Counted from the stretch's first letter, positions 13,022-27,251 are shown. The stretch: DNA of 64,000 nt from Felis catus (GCF_018350175.1 NC_058386.1:22258001-22322000); one strand, 5' to 3'. The notes: a model not told the origin generated them from the letters alone. Numbers and translations: made by a program.

Positions 13022-14560
13022 ATGAGTATGTTGGTTACAGCACCACGTGAAATAGCTTTTTTCCGTTTCATTTTTCATTCTCAACTCTGTACTTCAAAGG
13101 TCGAAGTGGATGCAAACTCATGTCATGGCCTGCTTCCACAGTGTAAGTAAGACTAAGAATGTATCTAAAGCCACTTTTCTGTTTTAATGAAGAATAAAGT
13201 GAACAGATCCAGAACATGAAAGATTATCCACGCACAGCGAGATGGACAATTCACTGCAAGTGATTCTGAGTTACACCTCCAACCCTTTAAAGTGGATGGA
13301 TAATAAGTATTACATCTTAGGAACGCTCAGTTCCTTTAAATCTCCAAGCTCTGTAGGTTTTATTTTCTTCTGAAGTGTCTAGCAGTCTTTTAAGCTATTT
13401 TGGACTAGTCTATGTTTATTTTTGTCATAAGAATATTTAGAATCAAAGGACAAAAATGAAAATGATGTTCTCCCTTTTAATTCTCAACTGTGAATGTCTG
13501 TGGATTTCTAACCTCATCTGTCCTTTACAAGGCTGTGCCCGTTATCAGTGACAAGCAGCCATCAGGGCAGTTAGTTATGCAATCTCCCTGAGCAGCCTTA
13601 CAGGCAACATTCTGAGGAAAAAAAGGTACATGTCATTTCTCTTTCAGGGAAATTGTGTTTTGCACCCAAATCAATGGAAGCATGCAAATACTAGTAGGAC
13701 GAATGGCAGTCCAACAGACGGGTACTCACATAGCTCTACTTTGTCAGAAAGCAAGGACCTAGCATTTCTCTTAAGGAGATGTTTTCAGAGATGGGTGAAA
13801 TGCATGGGCTGTGCAATAAAAAAAATATTTGCCCTAATTCTTAACTCTACCACTTCCTACTTACATGATCTTATACACGTTTCTTAAACTTTCTGGAACT
13901 TTGTACTCTAATCTGCTCAGTGGACATAATGACACTGATTTAGGGTTTTTTGGGGGGGGGGGCGGATAAAGCTAGTGTGTAATTTGCACAATATGGTATT
14001 AAGTGTGGCAATATTTTCTTCACTAATTTATATCAGGATAATAGCAATAATATCATGATTCATGCTTGTTAACAAGTCATGCATTTGCCACAAATTAATT
14101 GTGAGATTATCATTATTTGGGTATAAATTAGCGAATATAACATAAAGCTTAATTAACAGGAAAAAAGGAAATAAACTATCAAATGAAGATACACATTTAG
14201 GCTAAATTCCATTCATATGTGGTGACAGGAATTAAGGGTGGGCATTATTAAAAAAGCTGATGAGGATAATGTTAACTCCGACAGTTGTGAGAAACAGAAA
14301 CAGCCATGTGACAATGGACAGGAAGAATGCTCAAGGCAAAATAAACAGTGTGACTAAAGGGGTAGATACTATCAGAGAGTTCATTAACAATATTATTAGG
14401 ATAAATTGAGCAGATTTCAGCACATTTGCCTCCATTCCATTATTTACATATGTGCTTTGGGTGGGGGGGGGGGAAGAGTAAACACAGTAATTTGGATTTG
14501 ATTTTAGGAAAAACTAGGAGAATTTAAAGTTTTTATACACACCGGACATGTGCTTAACAC

Positions 14561-15008
14561 TGTTCAGGAAAAAATCATCCTGACACTTGTTAAAATAATG
14601 AGGAAGACTATTCAGGACAATTGCGATGGGTGTCAACACTATGGCCAAAGACAAGAGAGATGGCGCTCAACTTCATATACAGTGGAGACAGCTGAGGATT
14701 TAGAGCCAAGGAACAGACTCGGGTTGGGAGGTAATGCATGGAAAATTGGTTAGAGGAGACATCAAGGGTGGGGAAGGATTCTTGCTGAAGGCAGGCCAGG
14801 ATCAAGTAACAAGGACGGGGGATGAGGAATTTGGTTAAGATATCCTGTGCAATGTGCTATCAAGGGGACGGAGAGTCTCACTCATCTAACCTGGAAGGAT
14901 CCTCACTACAACCGATGAAGCAGGTTGAAGATAGGGACCAGGACGAGGCCTCTTCAAAAGAGGGTTCAGAGGAGTCTGTATAAAGTATGGTCAAGGACAG
15001 TCCTGTCG
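14561..15008 (-). mobile_element. ERV1 solo LTR (MER31/MER67-like)
   Basis: minus-strand start cgacaggactgtccttgaccatacttt...ctcctctgaaccctc; 4-bp TSD ACAC. Confidence 0.8.
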
Positions 15009-15689
15009 ACACAATGACCTTGCTGCTAATTCCTGAATTAGTCTTATCAGATTTGCTGTATTTGACTAGCCTTCCATTGAAAACGCTTTTAGTTTGCAAA
15101 TCAAATAGAAGAGCCCACACTCCTGCCTACCACAATCTTCTACTGCTATAAATCCACTGACATTTTACTTCTTTTTGATGCTAATAAAAGACACAAAGAT
15201 GGTGAATCATGAATTGATGCTATATCTTCCTGCTTTACAAAGCAGCCCTTAAACAAAGGCAAAGGGAAAGAAACCTTTTTCCAGTGGTTTCATTGCCTCT
15301 TTTAAACCTGTTTACAAGTATCTACAAAATGAGGCAAAAAAAAGCAGACGATGGAATAATAAATCAGTGTAGTGCCTCCAAGCCAAATTTGGGGTTTTCA
15401 ACAGATTCAGAGGATGTGGGGCCCAGAGATATGAAAGGTTGGAGAGGGGCTAAACAGCAGTAATTGGAAGAAATCAGAACTTCTTTACCCAGAATGAAGC
15501 CTACAGCTAATACCAGGGAAACTTGCTTTATCAGACACATTTTAGACTAGATCTTGCATTCGAAGATCCTATGAACTCAATGGGTAGGCATGTGCAGTTA
15601 CTGCAAATAGTGATCTGGCAATTAATTAAATTTCCAAAATGTAAAAGGCTATCAGACTCCAAGTTCCTTAAGGGTAGACATCACGCCTT

Positions 15690-16420
15690 GTTCTTTGAGA
15701 TCCTTGGAGTTAGGAACACTGTCTTCCTTCATTCATATACACTCACGTAACATTATTGCGAATAAACACAAACTTCAGGCTTTAGGGTATGGATATATTT
15801 TTAAGGAGTTCACAGCCTAGGTGCAAAGAAACATCATGGAATATACACAGGAGAGCACAACAAACTACTACAATGAGGATATACAGAGTAAATTATTAGA
15901 AAACAAGCAAGGAGTATAGAGAGATCAAGAAAGGGAAAGTACAGTAGTGGAAGAAGTCACCTGATCTGCCAACAGGAGTTAACTAGAAAATAAAGTTCAT
16001 TTATAGCAGTTCCTACTGACGGGTGGAGACCGATTTTTCAAAGGACACAGACTATTTATCACCAGGAGAGGTCAGGAAACAGCATCAAGGTATGGATGAA
16101 CTGTGCATTGATTCCATGTGGGATGGAGAGACCAAAAGTGAGCGCTGGGAAGGTGAGCAAGGAGGCCATGGGGACAAAGAGTTTGAATTTTATTTTGAGA
16201 ACCTGTAAAAGATTTTAAGCGGGTGAAACTGGAAAGAAGACCAGCTAAGAGATTTCTTCAGTAATCCAAATAAGTAATTATTGTGAGAGCCTTAACTACA
16301 GCATTGGCAGAAAAAAAAAACAGAGAAGCAGCAAGGCATAAAAGGAATTTTGGAGTAAAATTCATAAGGATGAAAATCACTTAATGTGGGGACTGGAGGA
16401 CAAAACAGACAGTGGAGGCC
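15690..16420. mobile_element. Degraded L2
   Basis: ggccatggggacaaagagtttgaattttattttgag...gattttaagc motifs. Confidence 0.55.
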
Positions 16421-16526
16421 AGGTGTCTGGATTTGTCAATTTACATCTTCCCAATACCTTGCCGATGCTTAGTATATAATAGGTGCCAAGGAAGCATTTG
16501 TTTAAAATATGCAAAAACAAATTATA

Positions 16527-17024
16527 TGACCTTGTTGCTTTGCGGAGAAATTTCTCCTACTACCTCTTCTGAATTCAACTGCAGCCACTGTAGATGGGTT
16601 CGCTGCAAATTAGCAGATTGTCACCTCAGGTGTTTATCGCTTTACTTCCTGGAGGGCTTCCAGTAGAACACCTGAGTCTTGATGGACCCACATTCAGAGG
16701 AGCTAAGAAATGCCAGGGATTAATCAACCCCAGGGATATCCCTCCACCAGTGAACAATGTGCCAGCTTCCCCCTTCCTCCTTCCTTCTTCCTTCTTGGGA
16801 CAAATATGAGATCCATTCACATAGTACCTGAGAGCTTCCACAATGGGACTGAGCTCTAGCTGCCCAAAGCAGTAATCCCTTTGGAACTCACCCCTGATTT
16901 TCTTCCTTTCCTACCTCTGTTTCCCTGCTTTCTCACTTGTACTTCCTGGGCTCACTTCTCCGGTAATCCGTCTGTACTACCATGTCTTGCCTGAGTTCTG
17001 CTTCCGAGGAGGCAAATTTCATAC
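16527..17024 (+). mobile_element. ERVL LTR (LTR16-like)
   Basis: gggattaatcaacccc, gggactgagctctagctgccca, cttcctgggctcacttctc motifs. Confidence 0.7.
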
Positions 17025-17709
17025 AGGACAGACGGAGGCGAATAAGTAGACTTTTGAGAGAAAATGGGAATCCTCTTTTCATCACAACAATGAACATATA
17101 TTAACACAATAATAAAAATTCCAACGGGTCCTTAAGATGATGGGTTTGCATTTTTTTTCCAGAAAAACTCAAGCAAGGAAAAATAAATCCACTTGAGAGT
17201 TGCCACATGAGATAGAATAATCCTTCTCAAATAATAAACAGAGAACATCAATTACACTGTTCCCACACACTAAAGAAAGACTGTCGAAAATAATTTCACT
17301 CTCCTAATACATGACCCTCAACTATCTCAGGCCTGTCTCTCCTTTGATCCAAGTGATCTTTTGGCAGTCTCACTCCACATGGTGTTATTAAGCCCAAAGC
17401 CAGGGTACAAAGCACAAATCCAAAGTCTGTTGAATTTGCTTAGCAGCTCAGGGAGTTTCTCTCCTAGACCAGTTTTCATCTTTCTCAAAAGCAAGTGAAT
17501 TTCACTTTTGAACAGGTGGTATCCAGATATGAAACTTAACTTCAACAAATGCTTAGGATTTTTGACAAAATGCAGACTCACCGCACTCTTCAAGGTTAAA
17601 GAAACCAGTCCCCCAGAAGGGTAATCACAGTGATTAAGCACATATTTCTCAAATGCTGTGCTTGGTTCTTAGGAACCGTAAGGGCAATACATGAAAAAGA
17701 CACAAATCA

Positions 17710-17790
17710 AATGTAGGGCATGGTGATTATGGTTAGTCCTGCTGAACTGTATACTTGAAATGTGCTAAGGGTGGGTCTTAAGTGTTCTCA

Positions 17791-17844
<54 letters not shown>

Positions 17845-18006
17845 ACTGTGAGGTGATAGGTGTTCATCAGCTTGATAGCAATAATTATTTCATAATGTCT
17901 ACGTATGCTAAATCATCACATTACACCTGTAAGTTTACTTTCTACAGCAAAAAATATCTACCCTTTTTTATTTTTCAACCATATCTCAATATAACAAGAA
18001 AAAAAA
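17710..18006 (+). mobile_element. L1MA 3' end
   Basis: tatacttgaaatgtgctaag...cttaagtgttctcacc...aaatcatcacatt; A tail. Confidence 0.85.
17792..17836 (+). repeat. (CA)n microsatellite
   Basis: pure CA run. Confidence 0.98.
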
Positions 18007-18685
18007 TTTTAACTAAACTAAGTTTTCAAAACAGAGGGCCTGGCTTCAATCAAGACATCATCACGGATGTAGAATCTCTGGGATTATTTTCCACACACAA
18101 CTGAAAGGTATTGTAAAGGTAAGTGATTAAGATACATACAAGCTCTTTATAAATTATCACCATATATTAAAAAAATAGTACTATTTGTAGCTTCTGGCAT
18201 CCAGGCTTAGGTATTTGAATGAATCCTCTATGCAGTGAAGTTCTAGTAAAATGTTCTAAGAATGGTACAAAGATGATTAAATCAGTATTTTTTTTACAAA
18301 GAGAAATCATATAGCAAGAGCACATAAAATGAACAGTTCTGCAAAAGGAGGGAATAGAGAAAGCAGAAAATTACATTTTGTAGTTCTTCATGTATTACGT
18401 AAGAAAGCCCTCCACTAAGATCCCAGTCGTGGGCATGAAGGAGAAGGAAATGTAAATGTTCCATTAGAGGAAGGAATGGGATGATTTCAGAATTACTGAG
18501 CTAAAAAATATGAAGGAAATGGAAATTGACCGCAGCTCTGTGTTTCTTAAGTGGCTGAATAATGCTGCCTCTTATCAAAATAGGAAGTTGGGATGGGAAA
18601 TTTATTTCAGACGAATAGATGCATTTACCTGTTTTAAACTTTTTAGTATTTGTACCGTTTTTTACTTTTCTGTTGTTCTGAATAT

Positions 18686-19133
18686 TGTAGGGGCCAAGGG
18701 CAGGTTGCCCCAAGATGGGCCACTCAACATGAATGTTAGCCTGAGTTAAAAGCCAACAAAACCCAGCAGATTCAAAAAAGACTTTTTACCTCCCCATCAA
18801 CAGCCTGCCTATACCAAGAAGACAGCTATTGACAGAGATTCCTGTTTACCTAAGAAATCTATCTGCCTAACAGGGCAACCCTTGTGTTCCAAACATCTCC
18901 TCTCACCTTCCTGCTAACTGTCTTCCCTTTATATTCTCTGACCCTTAACCCTCTCCTTAACTCACATCAACACCTTGTTGCCTAATATTCTTTGGAATTT
19001 CCATGTCTGTGGGGATTACTCATATGTCCGCTATGAAATTTTATTTTCTCCTGTTAATCTGTCTCATGTCAATTTGATTCTTAGTCCATCCCCAAGGACC
19101 TTGAGGAGCAGAGAGAATTCTTCCTACTCAACA
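18686..19133 (+). mobile_element. ERV1 solo LTR (MER34-like)
   Basis: TGTAGG...CAACA ends; ttttctcctgttaatctgtc 3' motif; flanks atat/gtat. Confidence 0.85.
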
Positions 19134-19392
19134 GTATTAAAGATCTTAGCTTTGTTAGATAGAAAATGGCTGATTATCCAATAATACCATATGGTTTGTA
19201 AATCTTTACTTAGGAAATCACATAAATAACCTCTCCAAAATTACTATCTATTTGTCATCACTATTTTTAAGAGTATAACTGGTATAAGGGAAGTGAAGAA
19301 ACTCCATGAAGAACGGTCTTCTTTTTGGCTTTTTCAGCTTCTATGCTTGCTAGAATCTCTACCCCTGGCTTACACATACCTTTTCTTACAAA

Positions 19393-19870
19393 TGATGCAT
19401 GTCCTACTTAGAAGGGTCAAGATGTTAACGGTTTCCTTGGAGTCTCCCAACACACCATGTAACATCTAAGAAATGACTGGGCTAGGCAATCATGTGCGTA
19501 TTCCAGGCCACCGAATCTAGACATCTTGATGCCAAGAACCCCTGGCTCCAGGGAAAAAGTGACATGGAGGATACCTGGACACCTGTTCTTGCTCTGACCA
19601 GTTCCTGGATGCCTGAGAAGACATGTACACCAGATCACAATCTCCAATAAAAACCCCAGACCCCAAGCAAAGGTGAGGCTCACTCTTCTTTCCTTCCTGA
19701 GTCTCTCAGATGCTCTGTTCGTTATCTGTACTTTCTCTATATACCTTCGATAAACTGCTCTCACTTCCTGCTAGTGGACATTTGATTTCTATCCTGTGTG
19801 AAGGCAAGAACTTTCCTGGCTGGTCCTACGGGACCCCTTCTGGGTCTTTGGACGTGGCCTGCCTACATCA
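19393..19870 (+). mobile_element. ERV1-type solo LTR
   Basis: inverted termini TGATGCA...TACATCA; U5-like atttctatcctgtgtgaaggcaagaac; TSD not matched. Confidence 0.75.
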
Positions 19871-19994
19871 TAACTGATAATGCAGTGCCTATACGTATCT
19901 GCCATGAAGAACTTTATCATTTCAATTCATTACCATCATTTACCTATAAGATCCCTATGAGTTAGATTTATTTTAAAAACATCACTTTTGGGGG

Positions 19995-20190
19995 GGGGCA
20001 CCCGGGTGGCTCAATCAGTTAAGCACCTGACTCTTGGTTTCAGCTCAGGTCACGATCTCATGGTTCATGACATGGAGCCCCATGTCAGGCTTTGTGCTGA
20101 CAGTGAGGAGCCTGCTGGGGATTCTCTCCCTCCCTCCCTCACCAACTTGTTCTCTCTTTCTCTCTCTCAAAATAAATAAACATTAAAAAA
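19995..20190 (+). mobile_element. CAN-SINE
   Basis: ggggcacccgggtggctcaatcagttaagc head; CT tract and A tail. Confidence 0.95.
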
Positions 20191-21954
20191 ACACTTTTTG
20201 TTGAAGTCAAAGTTACAATTTTAAATGAAAAAAAGACTATGCATCAATGCTACACACTATATTTATTAAAATGTATTTTAGGACCAAACTTTCATCTCTC
20301 ATTATAAAGGTCGTGTTTTTATCATTATCCATTTCTCTATCAAATTCTGATAAAGATAATACTACAATTGTATTAACACCTTAAAATTTAGTGCAAAAAA
20401 GTAAAGATCAAGTTTTGCTATCCTTCATCATTTCAGTGAAGCCTAGAACTTGCTAATTATTCCATCTCATTTGCTAACAACAAAACAAAACAAAAAAGCA
20501 AAACTTCACAATTGTCCCCCTAGGAGTATCTGGCACTCCAACTATTTTAAACACTGAAGAGAGGTCAAAATCATGAACTGGATCTTAGTGGATTTCTATT
20601 TATCTGGGTAATAAATTCTAACTAAAATATTCAGTTAAACGTGACTATTGCTATCTTTTTAGTAATATCTAATTGATTGGAGACAACTATGTAAACGACT
20701 ATATTTCCCATGGCTCATCATCACATTCAGCACTGGAGAAACAAGTTCATGGATCTATTAGGGTTATTTTGTTACACACCGGGTCAAGCAGGATTAGGAA
20801 ACATAATTTAAACAATTAGAAGTATGCAAGAGTAAATGTGAAATTATGTCATGAACGTAGCAAATTCCTCTAGATAATGTTTTCACTAGCACCTTGATTC
20901 AAAACGATATCCTAGTAGTATACAATATTGTAAAACATTGTAAGGAAACCTTTCATAAGAAATTCCTGAGGGCGTCAAGCATGTTTCATGTATTGTCACA
21001 GTTGGTAGAGCCAATACTTTAATTTTGTTTTTACAAAAGAATCTTCTGAAAAAGTAACATTCTTCTCTTTGCTCCTCTACCAACTATAAATAGCCTGAAT
21101 GATAAGCTCCAATGTACTCGAGCACTGGGATAATGAAGAGATGACAAAAAATAGTTTAATAATGGAATTATCGTGTAAAAATAAACGATCTCTGTACTGG
21201 TGTCATCACATACGTATAACAAAGTAATGCACAGAATTAAATTGTGATGAATAATTCAAATATATTACAAAATGTAGGCCTGCTGTTATTTTCGAAGTAG
21301 TAATTTCCAACACAAAAGAAAGAGTACATTGGTTTAGAGACTACTTGCTAGACTATTTTTCCAAAGTACAGTTTTACTGAAATTATTCACTGATTAAATT
21401 CTTCAATGATGTGAACAAGCCAACAGTTTGTTAGTTTTACTTCAACACTTAGGTTCAAGTGAAATAATACGCCTGGTTTAAGAGGTGCCTAAAATTCACA
21501 ACCTGATAAATAATATATATGTTACTAAAAGCAGCACTATCATTAGAAGCTCAAAATAACTAGACGCTTGTTATTAAATCTATTTATAAGTAAGCTTCTA
21601 TTTTTAAGGAGCTATGATAATTTTTGCCCTAAAATCAGCAGACACTGAGATATAATAATCTAAGATTATTTTGACTTTGGTTTTATGCCTCTTATGTTGT
21701 TCTCCAACTCATTATTGTTAGGTTTAATCATTAAGGCATTAACACAAAAAAATTTACTAAAATTTAGTGTTTGCTATAGTTTTCTCTGAAGAATGAAGGG
21801 AATTCAATTGTTTCCATTGTATAAGTATATATTTTTTCAGTAATATTTTTTGATTTGGGAGTGAATTCGTAAGAAATATCCCCTGGGCAATAATGTAAAG
21901 ACAAGTAAACATATTCAACATTTTCTATAATCATCAAACCAATAACCCTCACTG

Positions 21955-22340
21955 AGAAATAGGATCTTAGCAGATATAATTCAGGATCTCAAGATGGAAT
22001 CTTCTTGGATTTAGACGGGACCCTAAATCCAATGACTGCTGTTCTCTAAAAACAAAGAATAAGGAGACTTGGATGCACAGAGACACAGAGACCAAGAGGA
22101 TACAGACACACAAGGATAAGAAGGCCATGTGAAATTCCAAGCAGAGGTTGGAATTAGGCTCCCATAAACAAAGGAATGCCAGGAGCAACCAGTAAATTCA
22201 AAGAGGCAAGGAAGGAGTCTTCCCAAGAGGCTTTGAATGATGTGACCCTGCTCACAGATGACTTCAGACTACCAGACTCTGTTGTTTTAATCCACCAAGT
22301 TTGTGGTACTTTGTTGCCATAGCTCTAGGCAACTAACACA
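21955..22340 (+). mobile_element. MaLR LTR (MLT1B/C/D-like)
   Basis: ccctaaatccaatgact...gaggcaaggaagg...gtttgtggtactttgtt...aactaacaca. Confidence 0.85.
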
Positions 22341-22744
22341 GATATGATGGTACTTTTGCACTTATAAGAGATCTAGTTGCCTATGAATGGATTAAATTCC
22401 TAAACCATTTTCTTTCAGATTGCCTCTTGATTTTCCTTTTTTTTTTTTACAATTCCCTTTGTTATTAATAAAATGGCTGAGAATAGCTGCCAATGAGTTT
22501 GTAGGAATTAGAGTAAAAATATTAAGTTGAGTTACATTTTAATACAGCTTCACTGCTTCTGAGAATTTTAAGAGTCAGATTTAAAGATCATTTATTCTAT
22601 GAATTTTCCAAAGACACACAGTATCTTTCCTCTTTTTCTTTCAAACTCAAAAGATAAATCAACCCTGATTGTTTGGGGAAGTAAGAATTTCCTGTGCCCT
22701 TCAAGCTCCCGTAAGCAGGAAAGTGATGGGGGAAGTAAAGAGCT

Positions 22745-22807
22745 TTTCCTAAATCTGCCTTTTGATTTCCTAAATCTGCCTTTTGATTTCCTAAATCTGA
22801 CTTTTGA
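22745..22807 (+). repeat. 21-bp tandem repeat x3
   Basis: tttcctaaatctgccttttga twice, third copy with one substitution. Confidence 0.95.
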
Positions 22808-23714
22808 TTGCTTTTAACTCAAAACAATGTTCATGGCAACATGGCTCATCTTGAGGCAGCCTGTTTTGGCCCAGACAATTGTAACTGTGAAATAATAGAA
22901 CTTGAGAGGCAGAATCAATAAACCTATCAATGCCATGATCACATCCCTCTATATTTTACAATTATTCCTAGTAAGACAAAGTTTAGATACAAATCTAAGA
23001 GTATGTTATAATTGAGGATTTAAGAATAAATAGTTAAACTTATGTCAATCATAAAAAAGGAAGGACATCTTAATTCCTTGTTCTTTTGGTAACTTCTTGC
23101 AGAAAATTAATTTAATCTTTTGGATCTCCTTTTCTTGCCAATAAAAAAGTCTCAAATAAACAAATGAAACTTACACCATAATGAACTAGAAAAACAAAGA
23201 ACAGACTAAGCTCAAAGACAGTAGATGTAAAAAATAATTAAATTCAGAGGAGAAATAAATTACAAAATAGTTCTGTTAGTTTTTTTCTAGTGTTTTTGTA
23301 AGAGTTAGTTTTTATAAAGATAAGTAAAATTGACAAATCTTTTAGCTAGACTAAGAAAAAAAGGAGCCTCAAATAAAATTAGAAATGACATAGGAAATAT
23401 TGCAAATGGTAACACAAACATACAAAGGATCATGAGAATACCATCAAGAATTATACACCACATTTGGATAATCCAGAAGAAATGGGTAAATTCCTGGAAA
23501 CATAATTTGCCAACACTGAATCAAGAAGAAATAAAAAATGTGAACAGACCAAATTATGTATACAGTAAATGAATTAACAATCCAAGCCATCCCAACAAAG
23601 TCCAGGACCCAATATCTTCACAGGTGAATTCCACCCGACATTTAAAGGGGATTGACACAGATCCTTAAAGTCTTCCAAAAATTGAAGAGGGAACACTTCC
23701 AAAATCATTTTATG

Positions 23715-23925
23715 TTTTTTATTTTTTTTAAGTTTATTTATTTTGAAAGAGAAAGAGAGCGCAGGCAGGGGAGGGGCAGAGAGGGAGAAAGAGAGAATCC
23801 CAAGCAGGCTCTGCATTGCTAGTGTGGAGCCTGAAATGGGGCTCAAACTTGCGAACCATGAGATCATGACCTGAGCTAAAATCAATAGTCAGATGCTTAA
23901 TTGACTGAGCCACGCAGGCACTCCT
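23715..23925 (-). mobile_element. CAN-SINE in L1
   Basis: TSD ccaaaatcattttatg/ccaaactcattttatg. Confidence 0.95.
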
Positions 23926-25582
23926 CCCAAACTCATTTTATGACGCCAGCATCATACCAAAGCCAGACTAAGGCATTATACAAAAACTATGAGCCAATAT
24001 TCCTGTTGACATAGATGAAAAATTCTTCACAAAATACTCGTAAGCCAAATTTTACAGCACATTAAAAAGATAATACACCATGAAAAAATGGGATTTATTC
24101 CTGGCATGCAAGGAAAGTTCAACATATGCAAATGAGTAGGTATGTACATCACATTAATAAAGGGTAAAAATCACATAATTATCTCAATAGAAGCAAAATA
24201 AATTCTGTTAAAATTGAACACCGTTTTATGGTAAAAACTATCAGCAACAAGGTAGTTGTTATAGATGGTATTTACCTCAACATAATAAAGGATTTATAGG
24301 ACAAGCTCACAGATCACATCATACCCAATGATGAAAACCTGCAAACTTTTCCGCTAAAATCGGGAACAACATTAGGATGTCCACTCAAGCCGCATCAATT
24401 CAGCATAGTGGAAGTCCCAGCCAGAGTAATTAGGCAAGTAAAAGATATAAAGGCATCCAAATCAGAAAAGAACTAAATGATCTCTGCTTGCAGATGACAG
24501 GATCTTGTATGTAGAAAAGCCTAAAGACTACACACACATAAAACCACTGGAACTAACAAACAAATTCAATAAAGTGGCAGGATATATACTCAGCATAAAA
24601 AAATCAATGGTGTTTCTATGCAGTAAAAGCAAGCCATCTCAAAAAGAAATTATCACAAATTCCCATTTAAAAGAGCATAAAAAGAATAAAAAATTAAGAA
24701 ATTTAATCAAGGAGATGAAAAACTTGTACAGTGAAAACAGTACATTGCTGAAAAAAATTAAGACACAAATAAATGGAAACACATCAGAGTTCGTGAAGAC
24801 TTGATATTATTAAAATATCCATACTCCCCAAGTGATCTATAGATTCAATGCAATCCCTATCAAAATCCTACTACATTTTTTTACTGACAAAGAAAAAGAA
24901 ATCCCCAAATATACATGGAATGACAAAAGGCCCAAATAGCCACAGAAATCTTGAGAAAGAACAGAGCTAGAGGCATCACACTTCCTATTTTCAAAAATAA
25001 CACAAAGCTACACTAAGTAAAATAGTATGCTTCTGGTTTAAAAATAGACATAGAGGCCCATGGAACAGAACAGAGAGTTAGTTCATAAATAAACCCACAC
25101 ATATATGGCCAACTGATCATTAACAAGGTACCAAGAATACACAATGAAGAAAGGATAATACCTTTAACAAATGGTAATGGGAAAACTGAGTATCTACATG
25201 CAAAAGATTGAAACTGTGGACACTTATCTTACACTTTCTACAAAAATTAACTCAAAATGGATTAATAATTTAAATCTAAGACCTTCAAACTATAAACTCC
25301 TACAAGAATTCATAATGGAAAAGCTTTATGACAATGGACTTGTCAGTGATTTTTTTGGATCTGAAACCGACATCACAAGCAATAAAAGGAAAAGTACACA
25401 AGTATGACTGTATCCAATGAAAAAGGTTTTGCAAAGCAAAGGAAGCAACACAGTAAAAAGGCAACATAACGAATGGGAGAATATATTTGCAAACTATATT
25501 TTCAATAAGGAGTTAAATCTAAAATATATTAGCGACTTCCACAACTCAATAGTTTAAAAAACTCAATTAAAATTTTTCTATT

Positions 25583-25775
25583 NNNNNNNNNNNNNNNNNN
25601 NNNNNNNNNNNNNNNNNNNNNNNNNNNNNNNNNNNNNNNNNNNNNNNNNNNNNNNNNNNNNNNNNNNNNNNNNNNNNNNNNNNNNNNNNNNNNNNNNNNN
25701 NNNNNNNNNNNNNNNNNNNNNNNNNNNNNNNNNNNNNNNNNNNNNNNNNNNNNNNNNNNNNNNNNNNNNNNNNNN
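25583..25775. other. Assembly gap (193 N)
   Basis: N run. Confidence 1.
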
Positions 25776-26092
25776 AATCCTTTCCAGCTGTTCAGGGGAA
25801 TATAAAATGTAATAGACACTAGAAAAAACAGTATGGATGTTTCTTATAAAATTAAAAATAAAAAACCTATATGACCCACCAATTTGACTTCTGAGTTTAT
25901 GTTGAAAAGTATTGAAATCTGGATCTCAGAGATATAATACGCACTCCCAGGTTCATTGCAGAAGCGTTCACAAAAGCCTAGAAGTAGAAACAACTTCACT
26001 GTCCATCAATTGATGAATGTGTAAAGAAAATGTGGTATTTACATGCAATGGAATATTAATTAGCCATACAAATGAAGGAATCATATTTTCAC

Positions 26093-26489
26093 GTTTATTT
26101 TTTAAAATTTTTTGATGTAATTTATCGTGAAATTGGCTAACATACACTGTGTAAAGTGTGTTCTTGGTTTTTGAGGTAGATTCCCGTGGTTGATAACTTA
26201 CATACAACACCCAGGGCTCATCCCAACAAGTGCCCTCCTCAGTGCCCATCGCCCATTTTCCCCTCTCCCCCACCCCCATCAACCTTCAGTTTGTTCTCTG
26301 TATTTAACAGTCTCTTATGGTTTGCCTCCCTCCCTCTCTGTATGTAACTATTTTTTCCCCTTTCCTTCCCCCATGGTCTTCTGTGAAGTTTCTCAAGATC
26401 GGCATACGAGTGAAAACATACATCTGTCCTTCTCTGACTGACTTATTTCACTTAGCATAATACCCACCAGTTCCATCCATGTTGATGCA
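26093..26489 (-). mobile_element. Younger carnivore L1 3' end inserted antisense in the old L1
   Basis: T tail at left, carnivore L1 3'UTR antisense; TSD atattttcac at 26083-26092 and 26490-26499. Confidence 0.9.
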
Positions 26490-27069
26490 ATATTTTCACT
26501 TTTAAAAAGAAGGAAATCCTCCCATATGTGACAACATGGATGAATCTGGAAGGCATAATATTGTATGAAATCAAACAGTCAGACAAAGACAAGTACTGAA
26601 TGATTCCACTTTTATGAATTATCTAAAATAGTTACATTCATAGAAACAAAGAGTAGAATGGTGGTGGCCAGGGACTGGCTACAGAGGGAAATTAAAAGTT
26701 ATTCTTCAACAAATATGAAGTTTTTTATACAAGATAAATGAGTTCTAGGGATTTGCTGTACAACATGGTGCTAATAATACTACATCATTTCACTTAACAA
26801 TACTTAACAGTGTTATACTTAACAATACTATACTGTGCATTTAAAATTTTATTACAGGGGTAGCTCTGTTTTAAGTGTTCTTACTATAGTAAGTTAAAAA
26901 ATATTAAAAAAGGACTTTTAAAAATATTTTAACGTTCCAGTATATAAAAATTTTAAACACATTTTAAAATCCCAAATGCAAAATTTGGGCTAAGAAAATG
27001 AGTTCTATTTTCTATTTTATTTTACTTAAATTTTTTTCTATTTTATTTATTCTATTTTATTTACTTAAA

Positions 27070-27251
27070 ATTTTTTTAATGTTTATTTATTTTTGAGAGA
27101 GAGAGAAAAAGACAGAGCATGAGCAGGGGAGGGGGCTCCAGGCTCTGAGCTTTCAGCATAGAGCCCAACATGGGGCTTGAACTCATGAGCCGCGAGATCA
27201 TGACCTGAGTTGAAGTTGGATGCTTAAATGCCCGAGCCACCCAGGTGCCCC
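27070..27251 (-). mobile_element. CAN-SINE
   Basis: ends ...cgagccacccaggtgcccc; duplicated T-rich flank. Confidence 0.95.

Larger units (their letters stand above)
23140..26910 (+). mobile_element. Old L1 (L1MA/MB-like), decayed ORF2 to 3'UTR
   Basis: ORF2-like peptides YVEKPKD...LELTNKFNKVAGY and TKINSKWINNLNLRP; many stops; 3'UTR motifs. Confidence 0.93.

Noticed and set aside
22745-22807. Direct repeats as a CRISPR array
   Set aside because: No spacers, no cas genes, mammalian DNA.
23330-25407. ORFs 23330-23572, 24505-24804 and 25171-25407 with RT-like peptides
   Set aside because: Frameshifted remnants of L1 ORF2, not a functional gene.
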